The translations under genes were made by a program, and so were the position numbers. Of a stretch of DNA of 64,000 nucleotides, positions 50,647-60,687 are shown in pieces. Source of the DNA: a virus; IMG/VR virus record IMGVR_UViG_3300042465_002544, positions 7,052-71,051 of that record; one strand, written 5' to 3'. Numbering within the stretch: the stretch's first letter is position 1; each line of letters opens with the position of its first letter. Under the pieces are notes generated by a model, which was given only the letters and a program-made list of their open reading frames with translations, ran no database searches and was not told where the DNA came from.

Positions 50647-51321
50647 ATGGCTGATTTTAAAATTGATAGTGAATACGCTTTGGACAAGAATGGATATACT
50701 ATGTCTTATCCTGTTGGAACAATTCTTGGTATTTTTTCTTCTACAATTCCAAATGGTTGGCTACATTGCAATGGACAAACATTAAATTATTCAGATTATC
50801 CAACCTTGGGAACACTTTTTGGTGTATCATCTGGAACCTTTAGTTTACCAGATTTAAACAATAAAATGCTTTCAACACTTGCTGTATCAGAATCTGTAAT
50901 AGACACAACCCATGTTCACGGAACCTTAACTAACCCAGTCCAATTTACTGGTGGCGGTGCAGTCAATGCACATACTCATAATAGCACAGTAAATCATGAT
51001 GCTGGAGTTATGGCAGCTCACACACATGCGGTATCAAATGGTAGTGGTCATTATCTTGGAAGTAACAACAATAACGCTTCAAATAGGGCTACTGGAAACA
51101 CAACCTTTATTGCTGGAAGAACCCATAATCATAACTATATGGAATATTGGGCATTTTTAGACGGTGCAGGTGCAAATAATTCTCATCAACATACAGCAAA
51201 GTCTGTTCCAGTAAATGCAAGCTATAACCACTCACACGGAATTACTCAATCTCAGCAATATTCTGAAGAAAGCGTGGCATTTCCGCCAAGTTTATATATC
51301 TATTATATAATTAAAAGTTAG
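50647..51321 (+). CDS. Tail-collar domain fibre protein 2
   Basis: PVGTI...PNGWLHCNG...YPTL...FSLPDL; HxH repeats; YYIIK. Confidence 0.82.
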   Translation: MADFKIDSEYALDKNGYTMSYPVGTILGIFSSTIPNGWLHCNGQTLNYSDYPTLGTLFGVSSGTFSLPDLNNKMLSTLAVSESVIDTTHVHGTLTNPVQFTGGGAVNAHTHNSTVNHDAGVMAAHTHAVSNGSGHYLGSNNNNASNRATGNTTFIAGRTHNHNYMEYWAFLDGAGANNSHQHTAKSVPVNASYNHSHGITQSQQYSEESVAFPPSLYIYYIIKS

Positions 51322-51330
51322 GAGAATGAT

Positions 51331-52335
51331 ATGGTTAATTTTGAGTCGGACTTAATAAGCACAGACATTCCAGATGCATTTATACCAACTGGTGCAATTA
51401 TAAATATGTTTGGGGCATATTCTGCATATGCAAATACCTCTTGGGTTGACATCGGTTTAATACCTTGTGATGGAAGAACCCTGAGCAGAACCACTTATGC
51501 AAACCTATGGAATACTTTTGGAACAACTTTTACATCTGCAAGTACAACCATTAGCTCAACAACCGTTTCTGGCTTAACTGGAATGGATTCTGCTACTCAT
51601 ACTGGATGGGGAATTGCTGGAACAAATATCCCAACAGGTGCAACAATTTCTTCTGTGACAAACTCAACAACTGTTGTAATTAGTGCTGCAGCTACTGCAA
51701 CTGGAACAGTAAGCGTTGCTATAAGTCCATATGGATTTACAGGAGCAGGAAACACTACAACCTTTAACGTGCCATTACTTGTTCCTGCAACTGCTAGTTT
51801 AAAAAGATTTATTGCTGGTGCTTACCCAGCAGCGAGTAATCCTCTTGGAAAATTAGTTGCACCAGCTTCTCATAGCCATGTTACGTTTGAAGATTCTGCA
51901 GCAACTCCAACCGTTAATCTTCTCAGTAACAACGACTCTTTTACTCATACACACAGCACAGCATTTAATACTGGTGGTGCTTCAGTTGGTCATACGGATG
52001 GGCATAATTGGGCTGGTGGCGCAAACCTAACTATAGTTGGGGCAGCACCAACATCTGGATTAAGACTTAAAAACGATTCAGCAAACAACCAAGCAGCATC
52101 AGTTGGTCATACTCACAATGCTCAAAATGCTTCGGTATCTGGAACTGGAACTGGAATAAGTGCAGGAGCAACCCATTCTCATAGTAACCCACCTGCAACT
52201 ACAAACGCAAGCACGACTTTAGAAGGTCAGCACACTCATAACGTAATCACACTAGCTACTGGAGCCACTACTGCAGTTTCTGCAGGTGCATGGGTTCCTC
52301 CATACTATAATGTACTTTACTTTATTAAAGCTTAA
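51331..52335 (+). CDS. Tail-collar domain fibre protein 3
   Basis: PTGAI...CDGRTLSRTTYANLW...TTFNVP; HxH repeats; PPYYNVLYFIK. Confidence 0.8.
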   Translation: MVNFESDLISTDIPDAFIPTGAIINMFGAYSAYANTSWVDIGLIPCDGRTLSRTTYANLWNTFGTTFTSASTTISSTTVSGLTGMDSATHTGWGIAGTNIPTGATISSVTNSTTVVISAAATATGTVSVAISPYGFTGAGNTTTFNVPLLVPATASLKRFIAGAYPAASNPLGKLVAPASHSHVTFEDSAATPTVNLLSNNDSFTHTHSTAFNTGGASVGHTDGHNWAGGANLTIVGAAPTSGLRLKNDSANNQAASVGHTHNAQNASVSGTGTGISAGATHSHSNPPATTNASTTLEGQHTHNVITLATGATTAVSAGAWVPPYYNVLYFIKA

Positions 52336-52373
52336 TGGTATAATTTACTATAACCCACTAGAAATGGAATAAA

Positions 52374-53087
52374 ATGTTTAAAAAGAAAAACAAGATATTG
52401 TTTAAAGCTACAATAGAAAGCCATATAGATATCTTTGATCCACCAGTACCATCTAAAAAAATGATTCCAGATTGGTATAAAAAACAAGATAAATATATAG
52501 ATGGAAAATTAAATCTTGGTGATAATGGAAATCCAAATCATACCGTAAAGTCATGTATGCCAGTATTTGATATGATTACTGCTGGATATATAATTAAAAC
52601 TCCTGTAGATATCTTTGTAGAAAATATTGACGGACACGTTAATACAAGTTGGAGCAGCAATCATATATCAGCTATCGAATCTCATCCAATAACACAATAT
52701 GATCAGTTCAAGATTCCAAGCGGATACAATCAAGTTGCTTTAAAGTTTATTCAGCCTTGGGTTATAGAAACTCCTCCAGGATATTCTTGTATTTTAATGC
52801 AGCCATTCTTTCATGATAATTTACCATTTCTAGTAATTCCTGCCATTGTTGATACAGACAAGCATCCAATTAAAATAAACTTTCCATTCTTTATTCGTGA
52901 TGATTTTTCTGGAATTATTCCTATGGGAACACCTATGGCACAAGTAATTCCATTTAAGCGTGAAGGTTGGAGTCATGAAGTTGTAGAAGACTTGTCCAAT
53001 TCTGGAATAAATAAATGGTTCGCTGCTGAAAGAAAAATTGGAAACAGATATAAAACATTTTTTAGAGAAAAAAAAGATTGGAATTAG
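52374..53087 (+). CDS. Conserved phage protein (DUF6065/dUTPase-like beta fold)
   Basis: PVPSKK.IPDWYK, KSCMPVFD..TAGY, TPPGYS, GTPMAQVIPFKRE.W. Confidence 0.65.
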   Translation: MFKKKNKILFKATIESHIDIFDPPVPSKKMIPDWYKKQDKYIDGKLNLGDNGNPNHTVKSCMPVFDMITAGYIIKTPVDIFVENIDGHVNTSWSSNHISAIESHPITQYDQFKIPSGYNQVALKFIQPWVIETPPGYSCILMQPFFHDNLPFLVIPAIVDTDKHPIKINFPFFIRDDFSGIIPMGTPMAQVIPFKREGWSHEVVEDLSNSGINKWFAAERKIGNRYKTFFREKKDWN

Positions 53088-53088
53088 C

Positions 53089-53529
53089 ATGGAAGAGCTA
53101 TCTAAAAAGCAATTACAAAGAGAAATAATAATGACAACTATGTCTCATGATATGGGTAGTGGTGAAGGTGCAGAAATATCAAGTATGGCAGAGCATATTC
53201 TAACAGAATTAGAAAAAGCAGGTCTAGACTTTGAGGTATCAAATACTTACATCAACTCAATTTTTAACTTTAACAATGTTTATAGACCCCTGTATGACCT
53301 ACTCGATTTAGCAACAAATGGAACATATGATGGAAATAATATGTCAGATGAATATAGGTCTGGAGTAATTGACTCAATATTAGCATTGAAGAAGTATGCA
53401 AAATATCATGGTTATGGAGATCTTTCTTGGGAGATTCAATATAATACAGTTACCAATAGAGGTGATCAGTGGAACCCAAATGTTGTTGAACATATGCATG
53501 ACCACCACCACGATGAGTTTAATAAATAA
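53089..53529 (+). CDS. Hypothetical protein
   Basis: ORF with His-rich C-terminus. Confidence 0.55.
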   Translation: MEELSKKQLQREIIMTTMSHDMGSGEGAEISSMAEHILTELEKAGLDFEVSNTYINSIFNFNNVYRPLYDLLDLATNGTYDGNNMSDEYRSGVIDSILALKKYAKYHGYGDLSWEIQYNTVTNRGDQWNPNVVEHMHDHHHDEFNK

Positions 53530-53532
53530 GCA

Positions 53533-53561
53533 TTGACAACAATATCAGAAATTGATATAAT
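53533..53561 (+). promoter_or_regulatory. Perfect consensus promoter (leaderless)
   Basis: TTGACA-17-TATAAT; ATG 5 nt downstream. Confidence 0.75.
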
Positions 53562-53566
53562 ATAGT

Positions 53567-53932
53567 ATGAAAATATTAGTATATGGAACAGATAAGTTTG
53601 AGGACTACCCCACATTTATGCGTGGTATGGTAGTTGCTATTGAGGAAAATATGAATAATAATGACGGTAGGCTTGATGTTTACACCGCAGGTCCACATAA
53701 AATCAACAACTTTGTAGCAGAATTTATTAACCGTAGCGAGACTATGTTTAAGCAAAATGGTATTAAAGCTAGATTTAACCGTGTTAGAAAAGCACAGGTA
53801 ATTGAAGGCTTTGATACCTATGAGTTTGATCACGTTTTATCCTTTAATTCTAAAGAAGATCAAAGATTGTTTGACGTATTGTTGGATAAAGCAGAAAGTA
53901 ATAAGATTAAATCATCTTATTACAAATATTAA
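53567..53932 (+). CDS. Hypothetical protein (possible SLOG/DprA-like Rossmann fold)
   Basis: MKILVYGT..F.DY N-terminus resembles YspA/SLOG-type proteins. Confidence 0.5.
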   Translation: MKILVYGTDKFEDYPTFMRGMVVAIEENMNNNDGRLDVYTAGPHKINNFVAEFINRSETMFKQNGIKARFNRVRKAQVIEGFDTYEFDHVLSFNSKEDQRLFDVLLDKAESNKIKSSYYKY

Positions 53933-53946
53933 GGTATAATTTACAT

Positions 53947-54318
53947 ATGGCAACACTTGATTTATCACCAGCAATTCTGGATTTGGTCCTTTATCGTGGA
54001 GATTTTGCACCTTTTATTATTAATCTTAAAACAGCAACTGGTGCAACAACAACATTTGATTCCGCCACTGAAAACTGGACAGCATCTGTTGGAATTAAAA
54101 CTACAGCTGGTGTTTCTGCAACTGGATCACCGATCTCTGCAACAATAACAAGTACAAGTGTTATTACCTTTACCCTTCCTGCAACAACAACATCTACCTT
54201 AGTTCCAGGAACAACATACCAGTACGATGTTCAGTTAAAAAAGACTGTATCAGAAACGGTAACTAATGTTCTTACTATTTTACAGGGAACAATTACAGTA
54301 AAAGGAGATATAGTATAA
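53947..54318 (+). CDS. Virion protein (BppU N-terminal-like)
   Basis: LYRGD...TT..L..G.Y.YDVQL...LQGTITV. Confidence 0.6.
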   Translation: MATLDLSPAILDLVLYRGDFAPFIINLKTATGATTTFDSATENWTASVGIKTTAGVSATGSPISATITSTSVITFTLPATTTSTLVPGTTYQYDVQLKKTVSETVTNVLTILQGTITVKGDIV

Positions 54319-55094
54319 TGGCAACAATTAACCTAGTATTTGAGAATGGTTTATCTGCTTCGGCATCAGTTGTTTATGACACAGTTGCACCAATTGCAAG
54401 TCCAACCTTTACAGGAACAGCAACAATTCCAAATATTACAATGTCTGGATCTATTAATAACATTTCTGCTGCAGAATTAGATTATTTAAATGGAGTAACT
54501 TCTGGTATTCAATCTCAGTTTACAGCCAAAGCACCACTTGCAGCCCCTACTTTTACGGGAGCAGTTGTTCTACCTACCACAACAACTATTGGAAATGTTT
54601 CATACCAAGAGTTGTCAATTCTTGATGGAGCCTCAGTAACTACATCAGAGCTTAACATTCTTGATGGAGTAACTTCAACCGCCTCTGAGTTGAACATTCT
54701 TGATGGTGCAACGCTAAATGTAACTGAGCTTAACTATGTTGACGGCGTTACATCTGCCATTCAAACACAATTAGATAGTAAGCAAGCCTTACCAGTATAT
54801 AAAGCAGACTATGCCACAGATGCAGTGGCATTGGCTTTTAACACAAATGATGTTGCAAAAGTAACTCCAACGGCAGATAGAACATATACAAATGCCGTTG
54901 CCCCAGCAGCAGGACAAAGAAAAACTTTAATTATTCTTACAAGTGGTTCAACGTCTCGCACAGTAACTTTTGGAAATGGATTCCTTGCCACTGCAACTCT
55001 TGCTACTGGAACTGTAAGTGGAAACCATTTTGTAGTTAGTTTTGTGTCTGATGGCACAAAATTAATTGAAACATCTCGCACTATAGCAATGTAG
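54318..55094 (+). CDS. Fibre-like virion protein with ELNILDG repeats
   Basis: APIASPTFTG motifs; tandem 14-aa ELxxLDG repeats. Confidence 0.65.
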   Translation: MATINLVFENGLSASASVVYDTVAPIASPTFTGTATIPNITMSGSINNISAAELDYLNGVTSGIQSQFTAKAPLAAPTFTGAVVLPTTTTIGNVSYQELSILDGASVTTSELNILDGVTSTASELNILDGATLNVTELNYVDGVTSAIQTQLDSKQALPVYKADYATDAVALAFNTNDVAKVTPTADRTYTNAVAPAAGQRKTLIILTSGSTSRTVTFGNGFLATATLATGTVSGNHFVVSFVSDGTKLIETSRTIAM

Positions 55095-55096
55095 TA

Positions 55097-55125
55097 TTGA
55101 CATATTAATTCATATATAGTAAAAT
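55097..55125 (+). promoter_or_regulatory. SigA-type promoter
   Basis: TTGACA-17-TAAAAT. Confidence 0.7.
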
Positions 55126-55153
55126 ATACTATACCCTAATAGAAAGTAAACAA

Positions 55154-55366
55154 ATGTTAGTTACAAACTACGCTTATGCACATAAGATGGTAGATAATAA
55201 TCATTCCTTATCTTGGGATGGTTGGAATATTATAGAGTTTAAGCCAAATCCAGATGCATATTTTATGCCAAGTGGTGTGTTTAAAAATCTTAAATGGGGA
55301 ACTACAAATGTTTTTCCAATTACCGATCAAGGATGGGATGTTCCAAAGCGTTATGCTAGAGGATGA
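55154..55366 (+). CDS. Hypothetical protein
   Basis: 70 aa with LSWDGW motif; upstream of WhiB. Confidence 0.65.
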   Translation: MLVTNYAYAHKMVDNNHSLSWDGWNIIEFKPNPDAYFMPSGVFKNLKWGTTNVFPITDQGWDVPKRYARG

Positions 55367-55634
55367 GTGGGTCTTAAAAGCCCAATGCAGGGCTATGGAT
55401 AAGGAAATGTTCTTTGACAAGTATGAGGAAGATGAAGATCTTGCCAAGGCTATTGATGAGAATGTATGCCTTCGTTGTCCTGTAATTAAAGAATGTTTTA
55501 ACCAAGGCACAACCAATGAAGAATGGGGTGTTTGGGGTGGAATCTACCTTGTTGATGGTGAAATCAGTCAAGCAAGAAATGCACACAAATCAAAAGAGAT
55601 CTGGCAAAGAATATTAGAGGCTGTAAATGACTAG
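55353..55634 (+). CDS. whiB: WhiB-family transcription factor
   Basis: AQC...FF...CLRCPVIKEC...WGVWGG. Confidence 0.9.
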   Translation: MLEDEWVLKAQCRAMDKEMFFDKYEEDEDLAKAIDENVCLRCPVIKECFNQGTTNEEWGVWGGIYLVDGEISQARNAHKSKEIWQRILEAVND

Positions 55635-55884
55635 GTTTACTCCAGAAATCTTAGCAGCATTAAAGTCTGTAAAGAAACCATATGGAAACTTTACAGTAGA
55701 CTTTGTAGAGTTTCCTAGCTATCTTGCTGCAAGAACATATGAGAACGAAGTAATGGCAATGAGTGATGGTCAACAAGTAAGTGTGCTTGAATATCTTCAC
55801 CAGCTTCGTGGCATTGTAGAAGCATTTGGAATACCCTTTCATTTTGATGGTGCTAAAGGCGATCCGCCAAGGAGTGTTGGGTAA
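55627..55884 (+). CDS. Hypothetical protein
   Basis: Coupled ORF. Confidence 0.6.
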   Translation: MTRFTPEILAALKSVKKPYGNFTVDFVEFPSYLAARTYENEVMAMSDGQQVSVLEYLHQLRGIVEAFGIPFHFDGAKGDPPRSVG

Positions 55885-56066
55885 TGTTTTATCGTTTAGT
55901 TTGGATGATTGAAGAGCAGACTACTGCTGAATTAGTTTCTTTTGGTGCTCACTCATCTCGTGTGCAATTTACACACGAGGGTATTCACTACGATGAAGTT
56001 GTTATGAATGAAGATTTTATCCCACTAGATGATTTAGGCATTGAGCATGAAATTATGGAAGACTAA
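55884..56066 (+). CDS. Hypothetical protein
   Basis: Coupled ORF; AGGAG RBS. Confidence 0.6.
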   Translation: MFYRLVWMIEEQTTAELVSFGAHSSRVQFTHEGIHYDEVVMNEDFIPLDDLGIEHEIMED

Positions 56067-57187
56067 TGAAAATTAATGAGTTAGATTTACCAGAAGATGC
56101 TTGTATTTTACACCTATCACCATTTCCTCCAGATGCAAAATGGGGTGGTCCTATTAGATCAGAGCAAATATTTAATGTAATTAAAGACTTATATCCAAAG
56201 TCAGAAGTCCTACACGTTGACCAACTAATAGCTGAACTTAATTCAGATATTCCAGAATGGGCAAAGCACGATCACCCACAACTATCAGATATCCTAATGT
56301 TATTTAAAGACTTTCATACAGAGGACCATTTTGATAATGTTCCAGATGCTATAATTTTTGATCATCCTTGGCTATGGACAGAAGCAAAAAAACTAAAAGA
56401 AATTTTTCCAAAGACAAAACTAATACATTCAAGCCACAATATTGAGTTTTTAACAAAGTCTGAATTATTAAAAGGGCTTGACCAAAATGCTAAAATAGAT
56501 GCAGTCAAATATGTTAGAAGCATTGAAGAAGAGATTGCTAAAGAATGTGATTTAATATTATGTGTCACAGAATTAGATAAACTTTGGTTTCAAAATAATG
56601 GTGCAAAGAATGTTATTGATGCAAACAATGGAACACTAACAACTCCACAAAGAGTTTCCTCTACTAATAAATATGCTTTAGTTATTGGTTCTGGACACCC
56701 CCCAAATGTAGAAGGTTCTATTAAATACCTTTATGATGCAACAGAATGGATGCCAGAGAACTCAAGACTAATCTATGTTGGCAGTATCTGTGAGGGTCTT
56801 CGTGGAAATGTTGGAAGAGAAATAGATTTAGCTAAAGATACAGAGGTTGTTTTCTTAGGATCAAGATCAGATGAAGAATTAAATAAACTTATTGCATCTG
56901 CAAATGTAATCCTTCTTCCTATTCCATATGGGGGCGGTAGTAATTTAAAGACCGCAGAAGCTATATGTTCTGGTCGTCCCGTTGTTGGAACAACTAAATC
57001 CTTTAGAGGATTTGAAAACTTTATTGGCTCAAGAAATACTATTATTGAAGATGATTTAGATAGTTTTAAAGAGGCTTGCTTTAACTTTATGGAACAGAAA
57101 CTCCCTACTGTTTATAGATATGGACATGAAAAACTTTTATGGTCTGCCACTCTAAATCCATTTAAAAAATATTTAGCTGGTAAGTAA
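56066..57187 (+). CDS. Glycosyltransferase (GT-B)
   Basis: GGPIRS, HNIE, PNVEG, GGGSNLKTAEAICSGRPVVGT. Confidence 0.82.
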   Translation: MKINELDLPEDACILHLSPFPPDAKWGGPIRSEQIFNVIKDLYPKSEVLHVDQLIAELNSDIPEWAKHDHPQLSDILMLFKDFHTEDHFDNVPDAIIFDHPWLWTEAKKLKEIFPKTKLIHSSHNIEFLTKSELLKGLDQNAKIDAVKYVRSIEEEIAKECDLILCVTELDKLWFQNNGAKNVIDANNGTLTTPQRVSSTNKYALVIGSGHPPNVEGSIKYLYDATEWMPENSRLIYVGSICEGLRGNVGREIDLAKDTEVVFLGSRSDEELNKLIASANVILLPIPYGGGSNLKTAEAICSGRPVVGTTKSFRGFENFIGSRNTIIEDDLDSFKEACFNFMEQKLPTVYRYGHEKLLWSATLNPFKKYLAGK

Positions 57188-57612
57188 TGTCTATTGTTTA
57201 CACAGGTGGAACATTTGACCTATTCCATTCTGGTCACGTTAATCTATTAAAAAGATGCAAGGATATTGCTGGATCAAATGGTAAAGTAATTGTTTCTTTG
57301 AATCAAAACGAGTTTATTAAAAAATATAAAGGAAAGCCAGCCGTATGTAGTGATACAGAAAGAAGGGCTGTCTTAATGTCTTGCAGGTATGTTGATGGTG
57401 TAGTATTTAATGTGGGCGGTACAGACTCAAAGGTAGCTATTGAATTAGTAAATCCAGACTATATTGTAATTGGATCGGATTGGGCAAAGAAAGACTACTA
57501 TTCCCAAATGAACTTTACCCAAGAATGGTTAGATGAAAGAAACATAGGCTTGATATACATACCATATTCTAAAGATATCTCTTCTAGCCAAATAAAAAAT
57601 AGAATTAAATGA
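57187..57612 (+). CDS. Cytidylyltransferase (TagD/RfaE-II-like)
   Basis: GGTFDLFHSGHVNLL, ERR, GSDW, ISSSQIK. Confidence 0.88.
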   Translation: MSIVYTGGTFDLFHSGHVNLLKRCKDIAGSNGKVIVSLNQNEFIKKYKGKPAVCSDTERRAVLMSCRYVDGVVFNVGGTDSKVAIELVNPDYIVIGSDWAKKDYYSQMNFTQEWLDERNIGLIYIPYSKDISSSQIKNRIK

Positions 57613-58322
57613 TTAAGACATACCTAGTAACTTGGAACAATGTTGTATCTGGCTTAGATGATATAACTAATCAAATAGATAACTATGAAGTAATTAATTC
57701 AGATGCCCCAGAAAAAGACGGTTGGCATAATCTTGGACTAATATGGTATTACAATCAATTCAAATATGCAATAGATCACTTTATAAACAATACACAAGAT
57801 GAAACCTTTTGTTTTATTACTGGAGATATAAGCTCAGATCATTTCTCAGATATTTATGCTAAAGCACAGTTACTGCTATCTGATGATAATGCTTGGCTTT
57901 ACTCACCTCATTTATCAAATGAACCTTGGACAAAGAATGTTTGTTTTATAGAAGATTACTCTAACAACTCATATATATCTTGTCAGACAGAGGGTATATT
58001 TTTCTTTATGAAAAGAGAGTTAGCAATAAAGATGAAAGACTTTATGGATACTCTTTCTAATTCTTTAGATTTATATTCAATGAAATCGGGTTGGGGTGTT
58101 GATTATGTATGGTGTACTATTGCTAAGATAAATAATAAATTAGCTTTAAGAGATGATGAATATTTTGTACACCACCCACAAGGAAGTTCTTATGATCACA
58201 CGGTAGCAAAAAAAGAAATGACTATGATTATTCGTCATTTTTTACATACACTTCCAGATGCTGATATAGGGATTGCCCTAGATAATATAAAGTATATTAA
58301 TGACAGGCTGGCATCTGACTAG
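57609..58322 (+). CDS. Putative glycosyltransferase (GT-A-like)
   Basis: Context; GD motif, GWGVD, VHHP..SSY. Confidence 0.5.
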   Translation: MIKTYLVTWNNVVSGLDDITNQIDNYEVINSDAPEKDGWHNLGLIWYYNQFKYAIDHFINNTQDETFCFITGDISSDHFSDIYAKAQLLLSDDNAWLYSPHLSNEPWTKNVCFIEDYSNNSYISCQTEGIFFFMKRELAIKMKDFMDTLSNSLDLYSMKSGWGVDYVWCTIAKINNKLALRDDEYFVHHPQGSSYDHTVAKKEMTMIIRHFLHTLPDADIGIALDNIKYINDRLASD

Positions 58323-58343
58323 TATCTATGATAAACTTATTAG

Positions 58344-58847
58344 ATGTGGAAAAAATTAATAATACTAATTTGTTCGATATCACTATTGCTTTCTGGATCT
58401 ACACCAACAAATGCCTCAGATTCTATTAGATATAAGTCAACTAAAGATCAGACAATAAAGAGAAATAGCTGGACAACTCTAAACTTTAACGGTAAAACCT
58501 CAATTCAGGGCAATGGGCAAAGGTCTTTATTTTGCTATCAGGTAGTTATAAAAACTGATGGTAAAAAGAAGCCAAAATATGTAAAGGTAAGACTTGCAAG
58601 AGAAAAGTCTGGCAAAGATGATACTACTGCTACAAATACATATTTCTTTAGTGGCAAACCAAGTAAAAGGTTTGTTGCTTCACAATGCTGGACTATACTT
58701 ACAAACCAGCCCGTTGTTGTTCAAGTAAGAATTATTGGTGGAAGCTCTTCATATAAAACAGATATCTCTCAGTTTAAAATGTGGACACCGAGTGGTAATT
58801 ACCCAGAAGATTTTTCAAACTTCATTCCTGAAACAACTATTGATTAG
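58344..58847 (+). CDS. Secreted protein, paralog of 41206..41592
   Basis: N-terminal signal peptide; shared motifs. Confidence 0.65.
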   Translation: MWKKLIILICSISLLLSGSTPTNASDSIRYKSTKDQTIKRNSWTTLNFNGKTSIQGNGQRSLFCYQVVIKTDGKKKPKYVKVRLAREKSGKDDTTATNTYFFSGKPSKRFVASQCWTILTNQPVVVQVRIIGGSSSYKTDISQFKMWTPSGNYPEDFSNFIPETTID

Positions 58848-58908
58848 TCTAATGATATAATTAATTAGTTAAGCATTAAGAATTGTTTAACAAGGAGTAC
58901 CTACTAGA

Positions 58909-60687
58909 TTGAAGAAAATTCTTTCCTACCTACTATTAAGCCCAATGATTTCGTTGTTAGCACTAGCAACACTTTCACCAATGCCACCAGTCAATGCGGT
59001 GATTGCTGAACAGCCTTGCAACACATACTCTTGGTCTGGTGAAGATGATACTGCTCACGAAATGCTTTTAACAAACCCTTTAACTCTTGGAAATACAACA
59101 TACAATACAACTTATGTAACTACTAATGGAACACTTACCTTTGGCACTCCAGATGCTAACTTTAGTTCATACCCAAACACTCCGTCTATTTCTCTAGCAG
59201 GATATGACTGGGTAACATTTGGTGAAGGGGCTAGTCTAAGTTATGGTGCTACAAATACAGGGTTCTGCGTTGAATGGAGAGTAAGACCATTTCCACAAAG
59301 TGGTGGAAATCTTACAATTATTAAACTAACTGTTGATACTTCAAAGCTACCATCTTGGTCTGGGGTTATTGAAACAACTGGATGGCTTCCAACAGACCTT
59401 AGAAGAGGCATTAGGTTTGCTTCTGGAGAAGATGTAGTTACAATATCAGAAGCTTTTTCAATCAACGGTGGTGTTCCAGTAGAAATGCAAACCTGTTGGG
59501 ATGGTTCTATTATTCCTCTTAGTTCAACTTGCCCCCCAGAACCACCGCCAGGACAATGTTGGGATGGGTCAACTATTCCTTGGAACGGAACCTGTCCCCC
59601 AATACCTCCAGACACACAATGTTGGGATGGGTCTTGGGTAACTTGGAGTCAGACTTGTCCACCAACTCCTCCAGATATTATTTGTTGGAATGGAGAAACA
59701 ATTAGCTGGAATGAAACCTGTCCACAAATGCCACCGATGGTTGAATGTTGGGATGGTTCAGAAGTTAATTGGAATGAACAATGTCCACCTACACCACCAA
59801 ATATTATTTGTTGGGACGATTCAGTTATTCCTTGGAACGAGCTATGCCCAGTAGAGCCAAGCCCTACTCCTAGCCCTACGACCAGCCCTGAACCACAGCC
59901 GTCAGAATCACAAACGCCAACATTAGAACCGTCACCGCAGCCATCAGAACCAAGCCCACAGCCGTCACAAAGCGTTGAACCGCCTTTAGAACCTTCACCT
60001 ACTCCAACTCCTTCAGAATCTGAATCAGAGGCTCCAGAACCTGTTGTAAGTCCGACCCAATCTCCTGAGCCAGAGCCTTCAAGTCCATCAGAACCAACTC
60101 CAAGTCCAGAAGAGAGTCCATCTCCTGATCCAAGTCCTTCAGCCACTGAGATTCCATCTAATAATGATATCATAGATGCTGCGGTAGAAGATGCTGTGTC
60201 TGACGGCACTATCTCAGATGCTGACACACAGGAAATCATTGGAGACCTATTATCTGACGGTGATATCTCAAATGAAGAATTAACAAACTTGTCAGACTCC
60301 CTAACATCTGACGGAGTATTAACACAAGACGATAAAGAATTGCTTGCAGATGTCCTTGTTGCACAAGCAGATGGAGAAGCAATTAGTTCAGAAATGATTG
60401 ATGAATTAGGCTTAGATTTTGAGGACCTTCCTGAAGATCAGCCAGTAGCCTTAGAAAATGGGGTTATTTTGCTTGCAGATGTTGCAGATGCTTTGGAGAT
60501 ATTCTCAAACCCCTCAGAGATACTTGGAGCAGTGTTTACAGACCCAGGAAAGGCTCTCACAGCCGTTGCAAACATCGGTGAGGATATGACAGATACTACC
60601 AGAAAAGAGTCTCAGAAGGTCGTTATAGCAGCCGTAATCGCTGCACAGATTTTAACGACAGCTAGTATGGTTGGGAGGGTGAGATAA
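58909..60687 (+). CDS. Secreted/membrane-anchored protein with CWDG repeats and Pro/Ser-rich stalk
   Basis: Signal peptide; NIDO-like YVTTNGTLTFG; six CW[DN]xx...CP repeats; PSP/EP linker; acidic domain; hydrophobic C-terminus. Confidence 0.75.
   Translation: MKKILSYLLLSPMISLLALATLSPMPPVNAVIAEQPCNTYSWSGEDDTAHEMLLTNPLTLGNTTYNTTYVTTNGTLTFGTPDANFSSYPNTPSISLAGYDWVTFGEGASLSYGATNTGFCVEWRVRPFPQSGGNLTIIKLTVDTSKLPSWSGVIETTGWLPTDLRRGIRFASGEDVVTISEAFSINGGVPVEMQTCWDGSIIPLSSTCPPEPPPGQCWDGSTIPWNGTCPPIPPDTQCWDGSWVTWSQTCPPTPPDIICWNGETISWNETCPQMPPMVECWDGSEVNWNEQCPPTPPNIICWDDSVIPWNELCPVEPSPTPSPTTSPEPQPSESQTPTLEPSPQPSEPSPQPSQSVEPPLEPSPTPTPSESESEAPEPVVSPTQSPEPEPSSPSEPTPSPEESPSPDPSPSATEIPSNNDIIDAAVEDAVSDGTISDADTQEIIGDLLSDGDISNEELTNLSDSLTSDGVLTQDDKELLADVLVAQADGEAISSEMIDELGLDFEDLPEDQPVALENGVILLADVADALEIFSNPSEILGAVFTDPGKALTAVANIGEDMTDTTRKESQKVVIAAVIAAQILTTASMVGRVR
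59491..59850 (+). repeat. Six ~21-22 aa CW[DN]xx..W...CP coding repeats
   Basis: TGTTGGGATGG-like units recur in frame. Confidence 0.8.

Noticed and set aside
46205-55094. Diversity-generating retroelement acting on the fibre genes
   Set aside because: No reverse transcriptase and no template/variable repeat pair with adenine-specific differences were seen in the window
59241-60239. Gly-rich antisense ORFs (124 and 196 aa)
   Set aside because: They are shadows of the Pro-rich repeats on the plus strand
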